A DNA stretch of 43,780 nt from a virus (lineage: Duplodnaviria > Caudoviricetes), in the IMG/VR virus record IMGVR_UViG_3300044788_000040, positions 1-43,780 of that record. One strand, written 5' to 3'. The position numbers and the translations under genes are program-made. Shown piece by piece: positions 1-9,340 of the stretch. Below the pieces are notes generated by a model, which searched no databases, was not told where the DNA came from, and was given only the letters and a program-made list of their open reading frames with translations. The first letter of the stretch is position 1. Every line of letters starts with the position of its first letter.

Positions 1-12
1 ACGGAGGAGGAG

Positions 13-462
13 ATGCAGAGTGTTTTTGATCAGGTGATCGATCGTCCGTCGATCTCAGTTGGTCGCACGCGATCCGATCGGATGGGACGGACGAACGATC
101 CTGACGAAGCCCGGCTCCTCAAGATCGCCCAGACGATCGGCAAGATCCTCCAGCGTCCGCTCCGCATCGACTACGCCGGGCCGAGCTCGGCCGGCAACAT
201 CGGCATCTACCAACGCTGCATCGTCTGCCGTGCCGACATCTTCTCGCGCGTGATGGAAGGCGAGACCGAGATCGCCACGATCACCGGGGTCGGCGTCTCG
301 GCTCGCGTCTCGTACCTCAAGCACGTCTGCCCGCCGATCGAGACCTCGCTCCACAGCTTCACGTGGACCGAGCTCGAGCAGCTACGTGGTGAGATGGAGC
401 GCGACTCGATCCGGCTGGCCGAGCGGGTCGCAGCGATCGAGGCGATGGAGAAGAGTCGGTGA
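13..462 (+). CDS. Hypothetical phage protein
   Basis: Strong RBS GGAGGAGG before ATG; 149 aa; GTGA overlap with next ORF. Confidence 0.7.
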   Translation: MQSVFDQVIDRPSISVGRTRSDRMGRTNDPDEARLLKIAQTIGKILQRPLRIDYAGPSSAGNIGIYQRCIVCRADIFSRVMEGETEIATITGVGVSARVSYLKHVCPPIETSLHSFTWTELEQLRGEMERDSIRLAERVAAIEAMEKSR

Positions 463-620
463 GCGGGCGCCCGAACCGTCGCATCGTCCAGCGCGACGTG
501 AAGCCGGAGAACGTGATCCGAGTGGTCGTGGCATGTCGACCGAGACCGGGAGCTTTCGAGAACCTGGTCGACGTTCTGATCGCCGAGCTGGATCTGCAAC
601 GCCGCTCCGGACGAGTCTGA
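459..620 (+). CDS. Small 53-aa protein upstream of integrase (possible directionality factor)
   Basis: GTG overlaps previous stop; reads VSGRPNRRIVQRDVKPENVIRVVVAC...; ends 5 nt before integrase ATG; below ORF-track cutoff. Confidence 0.5.
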   Translation: MSGRPNRRIVQRDVKPENVIRVVVACRPRPGAFENLVDVLIAELDLQRRSGRV

Positions 621-625
621 CCGCG

Positions 626-2221
626 ATGACCCAGCGCGCTGCGATCTACGCCCGCGTTTCGAGCGCCGCACAGCGCGAACGCCACACGATCGAATCGCAG
701 CTCGGAGTGCTCCGGCGTCATGTACGCGAGCAAGGCTGGACGATCGCGAACGAGTACATCGATGACGGTCGCACCGCAAAGACCGGCAAGCTCGGCGCGC
801 GCGAGGGCTACGCTCGCCTGGCCCGTGATGCCGAGCTCGGGCTGTTCGACGTCCTGGTGGTGGTCGACGTCGATCGGTTGACCCGCACCGAGGATCCGGT
901 CGAGCGAGCTCAGATCGTCGCGCCGTTCCGTAGCCGCGGGATCGACATCGTGACGCCGAGCGGCGGCCGGCAGGATCTGCGAACGCTGATCGGCGAGATG
1001 ACCTTCAGCATGAAGGCGATGTTTGCGGCCGAGGAGAATCGCCTGCGGTCGGAACGCATCAAGGCCGGCAAGGCGCGCGCGATCGCCGAGGGTCGCAAGC
1101 CCGCCGGCCCGACGCCGTTCGGCCTGGACTACTCGCGCGAGACCGGCACGTGGTTAGTCCACCCGGTCAACGCCGCGACGGTCCGCGAGATCCTCGCACG
1201 GGTGCTCGCCGGCGAGTCCTGCCTCGCAATCGCCGACGACCTCCACGCGCGCGGGGTGCCGTCCCCGCGTGGACCTTGGACACGTCACAAGGTCTGGGTG
1301 ATCGCTCGAGCTCGCTACACCCGCGGCGAGTGGACGGCCGACAAGGCAAGGCGGCTCGTGATGCCGGTGCCTGCGATCACGGACGAAATCACGTGGCAGG
1401 CCGTGCAGCAGCGGCTGATCGCGCACGGCAAACGAGGCCTGCGTAAGACGAAGCACGTGTACCTGCTCGAGGGCCTCGCGACCTGCGCCGCGTGCGGCTC
1501 GCCGATCGCGATCCGGTCGGCGACGCGTCACCCGGGCCGGACCAACGGCAACCCGAGCCCGGCCGCGTACGTCTGCCGCGCACGGAAGCTAGCCCGCCGG
1601 AGCGAGATCCGCTGCACCGCGCCGATCCTCGCGGCGGCCGACGTCGACGCTCGTGTGTGGGCGAAGGTCGCCGCGGTGATCCAGGGCGACCGGGTGGCCG
1701 CCGCGATCCAGGCCAAACTCGACGCGCGCGCCGCCAACCGCCGCGACTGGGCTGCCGACGTCGTAACGTACCGTCGCAAGATCGACCAACTCGCCACGGC
1801 CGAGGCCGGCCACATGGCGCGGTGGCGCAAGGGAACGATCAGCGATGCCGCGCTCGACCTCGAGCTCGCCGCGATCGGTCGCCTGCGCGGGACGCTGCAG
1901 GCGCAGCTCGATCACGCGGCAGATGCGGCGCGTGGCGCGCACGACGTCGCGCAGGCTGACGTTTCGAGCTACCTCGCCGAGCTTCGTACCCTCGCGCGCT
2001 CGAGCTCTCCTGCGTCACGCCAGCGCGTCGTTCGCGCGGTGATCGAAGCAGGCGACGCGATCTTCGACGGCAACGATGTGCGCCTCACACTGTCGGTAGA
2101 GGTTGCGTCGGCCTCGTCGGAATCGGCTGGGTCGGCCGTCGTTTCAAGCTTTGCAGCTGGTTACAGGACCAAACCCGGGACGATCAGCGATACGATGGTG
2201 AAGATTCGCGTAGTTGCGTGA
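626..2221 (+). CDS. int: Large serine recombinase (integrase)
   Basis: MTQRAAIYARVSS catalytic motif, DVDRLTR, recombinase domain, Zn ribbon LLEGLATCAACG...YVC, C-terminal coiled coil; start trimmed to ATG 626. Confidence 0.95.
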   Translation: MTQRAAIYARVSSAAQRERHTIESQLGVLRRHVREQGWTIANEYIDDGRTAKTGKLGAREGYARLARDAELGLFDVLVVVDVDRLTRTEDPVERAQIVAPFRSRGIDIVTPSGGRQDLRTLIGEMTFSMKAMFAAEENRLRSERIKAGKARAIAEGRKPAGPTPFGLDYSRETGTWLVHPVNAATVREILARVLAGESCLAIADDLHARGVPSPRGPWTRHKVWVIARARYTRGEWTADKARRLVMPVPAITDEITWQAVQQRLIAHGKRGLRKTKHVYLLEGLATCAACGSPIAIRSATRHPGRTNGNPSPAAYVCRARKLARRSEIRCTAPILAAADVDARVWAKVAAVIQGDRVAAAIQAKLDARAANRRDWAADVVTYRRKIDQLATAEAGHMARWRKGTISDAALDLELAAIGRLRGTLQAQLDHAADAARGAHDVAQADVSSYLAELRTLARSSSPASRQRVVRAVIEAGDAIFDGNDVRLTLSVEVASASSESAGSAVVSSFAAGYRTKPGTISDTMVKIRVVA

Positions 2222-2395
2222 GCCATGTCCTCGTCGCCGCCCGGCATCCCCACCGGCAGGCATTCGAACGAGCCCGACAACCGGATCCCGTTTCAGCCAC
2301 CAGCCCGGCGGACAGCCCGCGCGATCGGGATGCGCGAGCGCTGCGACCAGCACGATCACGACGCTCGCGAACCCGTACCACCATTCGATGATCAC
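2144..2395 (-). CDS. Small membrane protein downstream of lysin
   Basis: GTG overlaps lysin stop; hydrophobic N-terminus WWYGFASVVIVLVAALA; 3' end overlaps integrase end. Confidence 0.4.
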   Translation of the reverse strand: MIIEWWYGFASVVIVLVAALAHPDRAGCPPGWWLKRDPVVGLVRMPAGGDAGRRRGHGSRNYANLHHRIADRPGFGPVTSCKA

Positions 2396-3141
2396 GCGGG
2401 CCGCTCGGCGAACAGGTTGCTGCGGAGCCAGTCGATCCCGCCCTCGTGCACGAGGACGCTGATATCGACCTTGCCGAAGCCCGGGGGTTCGCCGGGGTAT
2501 TCGGGCAGGTGCTCGTCGCCGTCGCCGTCGTACTGCCACAGGAGCAAGTCAGCGAGCGTGAAGCCTGCCCGCTCGTAGACCTCGTGCGGCAACGTCGACG
2601 TGTAGCGAGCCGGCCAGATGTACGAGCAGCCCATTTTGTCGTGGATGTTCCGCTCGCGCATCGCACCGTTGCCGTAGAGCACGACCTTCCGACCGGTCTC
2701 GGCCGTGCACTTCTCGGCAAACGCGGTGGTGCAGTCGATGATCTGCTGTCTCGTCGCGTCCTGGTTCGCGTTGCGCTTGCTGCCCGGCTTGGAGCCGTCG
2801 TTGCCGAGCTCGACGTCGACGATCGGCCAGAAGTCGCCGACGTCCCAGCCGCCAGCGCGCGTCACGGTCCGCAGATACAAATCGGCCTGCGCGGTGCCGT
2901 CCGATGCGAACTCGAGGAAGTGATACGCGCCGCGGAACCAGTCGACGCCGTAGCGATCGCCGGCGATCGTCCGAAGCGCCTTCCAGTTGTCATCGAACCA
3001 GCCGGGCGAGTACCAACGCCCCTGTGTCGCCTTGATGATCGCTCCGTGCCACGGCGGCCCGAGCGCGGCGAGCACGTCCCACTTCGGCTTTCCGTTGAGG
3101 TCGTACGCGAAGCAATCGACGATCAGCGGATCGACCGTCAT
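2392..3141 (-). CDS. Endolysin, GH25 muramidase
   Basis: AIIKATQG, GAYHF, PIVDVE (DxE), LLWQY, VDIS motifs typical of GH25; start ATG 3141. Confidence 0.88.
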   Translation of the reverse strand: MTVDPLIVDCFAYDLNGKPKWDVLAALGPPWHGAIIKATQGRWYSPGWFDDNWKALRTIAGDRYGVDWFRGAYHFLEFASDGTAQADLYLRTVTRAGGWDVGDFWPIVDVELGNDGSKPGSKRNANQDATRQQIIDCTTAFAEKCTAETGRKVVLYGNGAMRERNIHDKMGCSYIWPARYTSTLPHEVYERAGFTLADLLLWQYDGDGDEHLPEYPGEPPGFGKVDISVLVHEGGIDWLRSNLFAERPA

Positions 3142-3221
3142 TGGACCTTGTCGCCCTTTCGCGGCCGGAAGAACCACATGATCGCGAGCAGGATGGCCAG
3201 CCCGCCGATCGCGAGCTTCAC
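3138..3221 (-). CDS. 27-aa single-TM peptide in lysis cassette
   Basis: VKLAIGGLAILLAIMWFFRPRKGDKVQ; GTGA and ATGA overlaps at both ends. Confidence 0.55.
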   Translation of the reverse strand: MKLAIGGLAILLAIMWFFRPRKGDKVQ

Positions 3222-3562
3222 TTGGGCTCCTTGCCGTCCGGCGTGTCCCACTCGATCGGCAGATCGAGCGGCGGGACGTCGGGATGCGCGGGCGGGTCGA
3301 ACGCCGAGTAGACATCGGATGCCGCATCTTCCAGCGCCTCGAGCTGCATCGGCAGGCCGGCGAGCGCGGCTCGGTTGTTCGCTTCGATGCGAGCCGACTC
3401 GAGTCCGCCTTCAAGAAACCGCTTTCCAATGGCCTTGGCCATGTCGGAGCCCGACGGAGCGTCGGCGCCGGTGAACTTGGCAGCAAGCCACTCGCCGGCC
3501 TCCTCGCCTGCGTCCATCAGGAGGCGGATGAGCGCCGGCTCGATATCCGTCAGCCAGCTCAC
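3218..3562 (-). CDS. Hypothetical protein (lysis region)
   Basis: 114-aa ORF coupled to neighbours. Confidence 0.7.
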   Translation of the reverse strand: MSWLTDIEPALIRLLMDAGEEAGEWLAAKFTGADAPSGSDMAKAIGKRFLEGGLESARIEANNRAALAGLPMQLEALEDAASDVYSAFDPPAHPDVPPLDLPIEWDTPDGKEPK

Positions 3563-3837
3563 GACACCCCTCCGGTCGCGGGTGGTGGTGGTGGTGTGAC
3601 GTTCTCGATGTTCCCGCCGGCGACCTGCGTTGCCGGAGCTTCTGGCCCGGTCGATTCGGCCGCCTTCACCTTGGCCCGCGACATCGTGTACGAGATGCCT
3701 TTGAGCGTCGCCATCGCTGCGCCGGCGATCCGCATCGGTGTTGAGCCGTCGCCGACGAGGCCGCTCGCCATGAACGATCCGAGCGCGATGATCGCGACCG
3801 TGATCAGGAACTCGCTGGTCTTCATTCCGTTCGTCAT
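3559..3837 (-). CDS. Putative holin
   Basis: GMKTSEF followed by two hydrophobic segments and a basic SRAKVK; upstream of lysin. Confidence 0.6.
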   Translation of the reverse strand: MTNGMKTSEFLITVAIIALGSFMASGLVGDGSTPMRIAGAAMATLKGISYTMSRAKVKAAESTGPEAPATQVAGGNIENVTPPPPPATGGVS

Positions 3838-4301
3838 TTGTCCTCCTCAGGTTTCTTCGGAACCTTGCCGAGCGCGGTGTCGATGCGCTCCTGGTCGGCC
3901 TCGCGCTTCACCTTGTGCTCGGTCCACGACTGGCGTCGTGCGCGCTCTTCGGCGTTCTCGCGGTCGCGCTCGATGTTCGCGAGCTCGTCGGCGATCTTCA
4001 TCTCGTACGAGGTGAAGCAACGAAGGCACAGCTCGTCGCTGTAGCTCTCTTCCCTCAGGCGGTAGTAGTGACCGGCGAGCGGAAGCCCGCACGCCGTGCG
4101 CGCCAGGCCGAGGTTCGACTCGTACCAGGATCCAGCACGCGCGCGATCGACGGTGAGGCGATGCCAGATCACATCCCCCGTGTCGTCGATGGTCACGTGC
4201 ATCGCCGGTACCTCTTCGGGCTCGACGTCGCGCCACGGTTCGACCTGGGCGGCTTCGTCGATCGCATACTCCTCGTAGTGATGAACATCGAGGCTCAGCA
4301 T
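3834..4301 (-). CDS. Hypothetical protein with possible Zn ligands
   Basis: WH...TACG...LCLRC pattern; coupled stops/starts. Confidence 0.65.
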   Translation of the reverse strand: MLSLDVHHYEEYAIDEAAQVEPWRDVEPEEVPAMHVTIDDTGDVIWHRLTVDRARAGSWYESNLGLARTACGLPLAGHYYRLREESYSDELCLRCFTSYEMKIADELANIERDRENAEERARRQSWTEHKVKREADQERIDTALGKVPKKPEEDK

Positions 4302-4939
4302 CGACCCGCCAGGAAAGTCGCGACGAACCCGGCCGCGAGCGCGACACCGGCGATCACCTTGAGGGCGCCGGCCTTCAGGACCTCGCGGCGGGCATCGCGA
4401 TCCGCCTCGGTCTGCTTGAGCTGCGAGAGCTCCCTCGCCTTCAAGAGCTCGAGATTCGATAGGTGCTCGGTCTCTTCGACCTTGAGCTCCGACAGCGTCG
4501 TAGTGAGCTTGATCTCGCCCGATCGATCACGCTCCCTCAGCAGCACGCGGAGCGTGTCGGTCGCGAGCTCGGATTGCTTTTCGAGGATCTGATCCTGCCG
4601 AGCGAGCGTGTCGTCCTGCTTGGCGATCGCGAGCCGAAGATCACCGAGCACCGGAAAGATGCCGTCGATCTTCGCGTCGGTCCCGTCCAGCCGGATCTCG
4701 AGGTTCTCGACCTTCACCGCCAGATCAAGCGCCGTGTTCTTCGTCTCGCCCGATCGCCGAATGAGTATCTCGGTCGGCGACTCCGGGACGTCGAGCGGCT
4801 TGGCCAGCACGCCGGTACTCGCCTTGCCCTCGCCGGACTGGTCTTCCCATGACTCGGGTTCCTCGTCGACAGGCCTCGCGGTCTGGGCGCGGATGCTCGG
4901 AGGGGTCGGCAGCGGCTTGCGGATATCGCGGTCGCTCAT
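4295..4939 (-). CDS. Coiled-coil protein with C-terminal TM helix
   Basis: Heptad-rich middle, C-terminal VIAGVALAAGFVATFLA; ATG directly after late-promoter motif. Confidence 0.7.
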   Translation of the reverse strand: MSDRDIRKPLPTPPSIRAQTARPVDEEPESWEDQSGEGKASTGVLAKPLDVPESPTEILIRRSGETKNTALDLAVKVENLEIRLDGTDAKIDGIFPVLGDLRLAIAKQDDTLARQDQILEKQSELATDTLRVLLRERDRSGEIKLTTTLSELKVEETEHLSNLELLKARELSQLKQTEADRDARREVLKAGALKVIAGVALAAGFVATFLAGRC

Positions 4940-4950
4940 CGACCCAGTCG

Positions 4951-4979
4951 TCAGGATCACGACGATCGAAAGCCGTCAA
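4951..4979 (-). promoter_or_regulatory. Late-promoter-like motif TTGAC-N14-GTGATCCTGA (copy 1)
   Basis: Exact motif and spacing recur at six intergenic sites. Confidence 0.7.
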
Positions 4980-5025
4980 GTGAGGAGCCGGAGCGCCGGG
5001 GATGGCGCGTGGTACGCTGGACGGC

Positions 5026-5469
5026 ATGCGTTACGCGTGGCTGCTGGTGTACGTGCTGGGGTGTGGGCCGGCCGTTGACGAGACGCCAGATGCGGCGCCC
5101 GCAACGCTCGCTGACGAAATCGACAGGCCGCCGGGTGCAGACATGGCCACATCGATCGTCAAGGCATTCTACGAAGCGCGGTTGATGGTGACGCTGCCGG
5201 AACTCGGCGCCCGTTGGACCGACGAGCGGATTGCGGTCGGCGACACGACCGTCATCGGGCTTTCATACGGCTGCGGAGACATCCGCGTAACGTGGACGCC
5301 GACGATCGCCGAGCGCTTCCACCTGATCGCGCTTGCACACGAGATCGGACACTGCGCACGCGGTATTGCGATTGACGACTCCGACGGATCGCATTCCGAT
5401 CCTGCGTGGTGGGGCTCAAGCGGACTCGTGTCACAGGCGAACGCAGACCTGTTCGAGCACGGCCTCTAG
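5026..5469 (+). CDS. Putative lipoprotein with HExxH zinc-metalloprotease motif
   Basis: MRYAWLLVYVLGC lipobox-like signal; LAHEIGH; opposite strand to the late operon. Confidence 0.7.
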   Translation: MRYAWLLVYVLGCGPAVDETPDAAPATLADEIDRPPGADMATSIVKAFYEARLMVTLPELGARWTDERIAVGDTTVIGLSYGCGDIRVTWTPTIAERFHLIALAHEIGHCARGIAIDDSDGSHSDPAWWGSSGLVSQANADLFEHGL

Positions 5470-5969
5470 GTGGGCCGAGAAAAGTCGACTTCGACGGCGT
5501 AGATGTGCGACAGGGTCGTTCCGGTCTGTAGATCCAATGCGATCGTATAGGTCGACAGCGCCGCAATTACCGTCGTGATTCCGGTCTGCGCGATCGTCTG
5601 CAGCGCGCCGCTGCCGGCCGAAATGATCGGCGTGCCAATGATCGACGCAACTCCATCGGTCTCGCTACGGAGTGTGATCCGAATCTTCGTGGGGCCAGTC
5701 GCGCTGTCCTTGATGCGAGCTCGCACCGCCAGAATCTTGTTGCCCTGTGAGAGCGGGATCGGGATAAGCAGCGACGCGTTGGCGCCGGTCAGGCCGTAGT
5801 CGTTGAGCGCGTTCGTGTTTCCGGTGCTCGCGGTTGGAGGGGCGAACGGGATCTGCAGCGTCTTCGTGCCGTGGTCGGTGACGAATTGATCCTGCAAGGC
5901 GTTGAGGTCCGCCGAGAGAACCTGCGAGCCGGGCGCATAGTTGGTGTTACGGGAGATCGGTAAACTCAA
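5466..5969 (-). CDS. Tail/baseplate-associated protein (short fibre-like)
   Basis: N-terminal GSQVLSADLNALQD resembles fibre attachment segments; beta-rich C-terminus. Confidence 0.6.
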   Translation of the reverse strand: MSLPISRNTNYAPGSQVLSADLNALQDQFVTDHGTKTLQIPFAPPTASTGNTNALNDYGLTGANASLLIPIPLSQGNKILAVRARIKDSATGPTKIRITLRSETDGVASIIGTPIISAGSGALQTIAQTGITTVIAALSTYTIALDLQTGTTLSHIYAVEVDFSRPT

Positions 5970-6460
5970 AGGTCCTCCTCGATGTGATCCCAGGTATGCG
6001 CGAAGCGGAATGACACCGAGTCGCGCCCCGGGCGCAGCAGCTCGCCGGCGATCATGATCCCGTCCGGTGCGGTCATGCGCGTGACCGTGACCGGGATACT
6101 CGCGACGACCTTGTCGTCAATCATCCACTGCAACGCCTCGGCGACGTAGCCCTTCGCCTTGAGCAGGGTCTCGTTCGTCAGCGTCGATCGATCCAGCAGC
6201 CACAGCCGCGACCCGATCCGGTCGCCCTCGACGGCGGCGAACTGATCGGCCCACCACCCTCGCCGGTCGCTCGAATCTCCGCTCGGCGGAACGTCGTCAT
6301 TCTCGGCGCGCCGATCGGTGAACAGCGACAGCAGCACCGCGGTTACGAGCCCGCGATCCGACGCGAGATCGTCGTCGATCATCGCCAGGTCGGCATCGCC
6401 GGTCGCGTTCGACCAGACGAGCGCCAGATCGGCGAGTTGGAGCGCGCTCGAGCTCGCCAT
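5966..6460 (-). CDS. Mu gp46-like baseplate protein
   Basis: AVLLSLFTDRRA, RRGWWAD, IGSRLWLL, AEALQWMIDD motifs. Confidence 0.9.
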   Translation of the reverse strand: MASSSALQLADLALVWSNATGDADLAMIDDDLASDRGLVTAVLLSLFTDRRAENDDVPPSGDSSDRRGWWADQFAAVEGDRIGSRLWLLDRSTLTNETLLKAKGYVAEALQWMIDDKVVASIPVTVTRMTAPDGIMIAGELLRPGRDSVSFRFAHTWDHIEEDL

Positions 6461-7102
6461 CTAGACCCCCAGCAAATCTCTATCACACAGGGATGTTGCC
6501 GAGTCGCAAAGGAAGTCGATGCTCTCGATCACCGTGCCGACCGTGTGCGACGGCTTGATCTGGTTGACGAGTGCTTGCGCGCTGGCGAGGTAGTAGGTGC
6601 CGGGTGACGTCGGATCGCGGTAGATGAAGAAGTGGAAGATCTCGTTGCCGCTGAGGTCTCCCATCGTGATCGCTTGCGCGTGCGTGCGCTCGATGACAAC
6701 CACATCGACGGGGTCCTGCGCGAGCAGCTGCGCGAGCGCATTCTGGAAGTCCACTGGTCGATACCGCTGACGGGCGAGCAGCCGAGCGATGACGCGCGCC
6801 TGTCGCTCCGCGATCGTCCCCGTCGACTCGAGGTCGAGCTCCGCCTCGGCTTCGGCGAGCAGCTCGTCGAGCGTCGTCGGAACTGACTCGGCGAGCAGAT
6901 CATCGACACGCCCGTGCAGGAGCGCGAGCTCGTCACCGCTGCCGAGGAATAGGTTCCGTAGCTGGCTCGCGACGAGCCGCCACACCTTGCCGGGCGGCAG
7001 GAGATTGAGCAACATCGACGCGTAGACGATCACGGTCGGTTCGACCGACGCACCTTCTTCGAAGGCCGTTGGCTCGAATCCTGTCGGTTCGAATCCTGCC
7101 AT
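6461..7102 (-). CDS. Mu gp48/DUF2313-like baseplate protein
   Basis: LLNLLPPGKVW, ESVPTTLDELL, IKPSHT motifs. Confidence 0.8.
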   Translation of the reverse strand: MAGFEPTGFEPTAFEEGASVEPTVIVYASMLLNLLPPGKVWRLVASQLRNLFLGSGDELALLHGRVDDLLAESVPTTLDELLAEAEAELDLESTGTIAERQARVIARLLARQRYRPVDFQNALAQLLAQDPVDVVVIERTHAQAITMGDLSGNEIFHFFIYRDPTSPGTYYLASAQALVNQIKPSHTVGTVIESIDFLCDSATSLCDRDLLGV

Positions 7103-7105
7103 TGC

Positions 7106-8023
7106 TCACCAGCAGTAGATGATCACGATGCCGCCGCCACCGTCGCCGCCTCGCCCGCCGGTGGTGCCACCACCGCCACCGCCACCACCAGCGCCGTACG
7201 CGCCGGGCCCGCCTGCACCACCGACACCGGCGTTGCTCGATGCGCCACCGAGGCCTCCGAACGAGAAGAACGGCTTCCAGATCTGGGGACCGCCGGAACC
7301 GTTGTTCGATCCGGCTGCTGCTGTCGCCGGCCGTTGCTCCGAGAGCCACGCGCCGGCAACCGCAGTGCAGTCGCCGCCAGCGAAGTCGGCCGCGGTAACG
7401 CCACCGCCACCGGATCCGGCCTGACAGAAAGTGCCGGTCGCCGGAATCGTGACCGCGACGCCGATCGCGCCGGTCTGCGCGCCGCCGGCGGATCCGATCT
7501 GACCGGCGATGACGGCGAACTGGCCCATGCCGGCGAGGACCATTCCGCCCGCAGCGGCGACGGTCCCCGCGGCTCCACCGGTCCCAGCAGCTGCGCCGGT
7601 CCCGGTGACTCCTCCGACGGCAGCGACCGCGCCGGACGCTGCGACGACGTTGTTAACCGCGCCGCTCGACGGTGCGATCTCGACGAACGACAGCACGCCG
7701 GATCCTGCGGTGCCGCCGCCCGAGCCGACGCCGAGCCCGCCGGCGCCGACCTGCACGTAGAGGATGTCCGGGATGAGGAAGGCCGGGACCTCGACGCGCG
7801 TGACGCCGGAAGATCCGCCCCCACCCCCACCCCCTCGAGCGTTACCGGCGATGTCGGTGAATCCTCCACCGCCTCCTCCACCACCACCGACGCAGATGAT
7901 GCTGATGCTCACCACGCCGCGCGGCTTGCGCCACGTGTCGGGCAAGTTTGCCGACGGGGACGGACGGTTGAAGATCTGGACGTCGCCCTTGAAGGCAGAC
8001 GGGATCCCGAACATGTCAAGCAT
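7106..8023 (-). CDS. Glycine-rich tail fibre-associated protein
   Basis: TWRKPRGVVSISIICVGGGGGGGGG ... GGDGGGGIVIIYCW, typical of Gly-rich phage domains. Confidence 0.8.
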   Translation of the reverse strand: MLDMFGIPSAFKGDVQIFNRPSPSANLPDTWRKPRGVVSISIICVGGGGGGGGGFTDIAGNARGGGGGGGSSGVTRVEVPAFLIPDILYVQVGAGGLGVGSGGGTAGSGVLSFVEIAPSSGAVNNVVAASGAVAAVGGVTGTGAAAGTGGAAGTVAAAGGMVLAGMGQFAVIAGQIGSAGGAQTGAIGVAVTIPATGTFCQAGSGGGGVTAADFAGGDCTAVAGAWLSEQRPATAAAGSNNGSGGPQIWKPFFSFGGLGGASSNAGVGGAGGPGAYGAGGGGGGGGTTGGRGGDGGGGIVIIYCW

Positions 8024-8273
8024 CGATCAGCCTCCGACGTGAGAGCCGCCGCTCGGTCTTGCCGTCCCACGCGAGCGCCGCTCGAGCGGCGCTCGCGCTG
8101 ATCATCGCAGGCGTTGGAGTCGCCTTCGCATCCGAGACCGAGCTCGACTCGCCGATCGGCGGCTGGACGAACAACTCGACACCGTTCTCGTCGACGTAGC
8201 GAACCACGTGTCCGTTGTCGACCTCCTGGTAGCAGGTGCCGACTTTCTCGAACGCGACCTTGATGTAGACCAC
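8016..8273 (-). CDS. Hypothetical protein
   Basis: 85-aa ORF in tail operon, RBS AGGAG. Confidence 0.6.
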   Translation of the reverse strand: MVYIKVAFEKVGTCYQEVDNGHVVRYVDENGVELFVQPPIGESSSVSDAKATPTPAMISASAARAALAWDGKTERRLSRRRLIDA

Positions 8274-8283
8274 CGACGAGCTC

Positions 8284-8598
8284 CTACGTCGATCCGTTGG
8301 TGGGTGGAACGACGAGCCCGGTCTCGGCTGTGCGAGCCGACATCAGGATGAACTCGGCGAACTTCTTCGCGGACGCCGGATCGAAGAAGTAGAACTGGAC
8401 ACCACCGGGCGTGGTCATCTGGATCGCGACGAGCCCCTTGCCGTCGGATCCCTGGACAGCGCTGGTCGAGAACGAGAGCGGGAGCGGTTGCGGAACGAGC
8501 CCTGCCGGTATCTTGCCGAGCAGCGGAAGCGAATCGAGTTGCGTGGGCGGAATTCGGATGTTCTTCAGGAACTCGGGCGGCTCGGGCTTCGACGACAC
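8284..8598 (-). CDS. Hypothetical protein
   Basis: 104-aa ORF in tail operon. Confidence 0.6.
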   Translation of the reverse strand: MSSKPEPPEFLKNIRIPPTQLDSLPLLGKIPAGLVPQPLPLSFSTSAVQGSDGKGLVAIQMTTPGGVQFYFFDPASAKKFAEFILMSARTAETGLVVPPTNGST

Positions 8599-8600
8599 GG

Positions 8601-9035
8601 TTAGTACTTCCCTGCGATCGCAGTGCAGACCCAGCCAGCGGCGACTGCGGTGCCGAGACCGAAGTAGACGCGGAAGGCTGCTGGCAGAACGAAGTTGAGC
8701 GGGTAGTCGATCTCGACCGTTGCCGCCGTCGCGATCGCGGTGGTCGCGGGGAGCGACACCTCGCCGTAAAATACGTTGTTCGCCGCTGTCGTCGGGATCG
8801 ATCCGTTGTTCAGGAAGATGCGAGCGACCGAGGCGACGTTCGTGCCGCCTGCCTTGAAGCGAAGGCGTTGGAGAAATCCACCGTTGGTGGCATCTGCGGT
8901 GAACACGAGCGAGGTGTTGGCGCTGATGCCGGTGTAGTCGTTCGCCGCCGCGGTCACGAGCTGGTTCATGCCCGTGATCCCGTTGTTCGAGACGTCGCCG
9001 ACCTTCGAGTAGATGGGGAGTGTGTTCGCTGGCAT
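8601..9035 (-). CDS. Putative virion structural protein
   Basis: 144-aa beta-rich Ala/Thr protein, RBS GAGAGG. Confidence 0.7.
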   Translation of the reverse strand: MPANTLPIYSKVGDVSNNGITGMNQLVTAAANDYTGISANTSLVFTADATNGGFLQRLRFKAGGTNVASVARIFLNNGSIPTTAANNVFYGEVSLPATTAIATAATVEIDYPLNFVLPAAFRVYFGLGTAVAAGWVCTAIAGKY

Positions 9036-9049
9036 AGGTTCCTCTCAGG

Positions 9050-9292
9050 TCATGGCATCGCGTAACCGGCGGACAGTGCGAGGGTGAGTCCCAGGATTGG
9101 AATCTCTTCGATTGATCCAGCGCCAGCCGAGAGACGGCCGAGCGCCATGCCCTGCGCTGAAACGTTCTCGATCATCGCCTTGGTGATCGTGGCAGCGTCG
9201 ATCGTGTGCGCCGCGTTCCAAGCCGACGGCTGCACGAGCGTCGCGTCGCTGCCGTCTGACTTGCTGCTGACGAATGTGTGATGAACGGTCAT
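9050..9292 (-). CDS. Putative fibre-related small protein
   Basis: HHTFVSSKSDGSDATLVQPSAWNAAHT and LGRLSAGAGSIEEI segments resemble phage fibre proteins. Confidence 0.6.
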   Translation of the reverse strand: MTVHHTFVSSKSDGSDATLVQPSAWNAAHTIDAATITKAMIENVSAQGMALGRLSAGAGSIEEIPILGLTLALSAGYAMP

Positions 9293-9340
9293 AGACCTAC
9301 GGCCTTGCGCTCGACGAGTGCGCGGTGGTTCTGCGTTGCT

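Noticed and set aside
2141-2180. AT-richer GTTT...AAAC segment at integrase 3' end as attP
   Set aside because: Arms are not convincingly symmetric and no attB is available for comparison
7106-8023. GGC/GGT-rich runs as another guide array
   Set aside because: Period is 3 (Gly codons) inside a coding region
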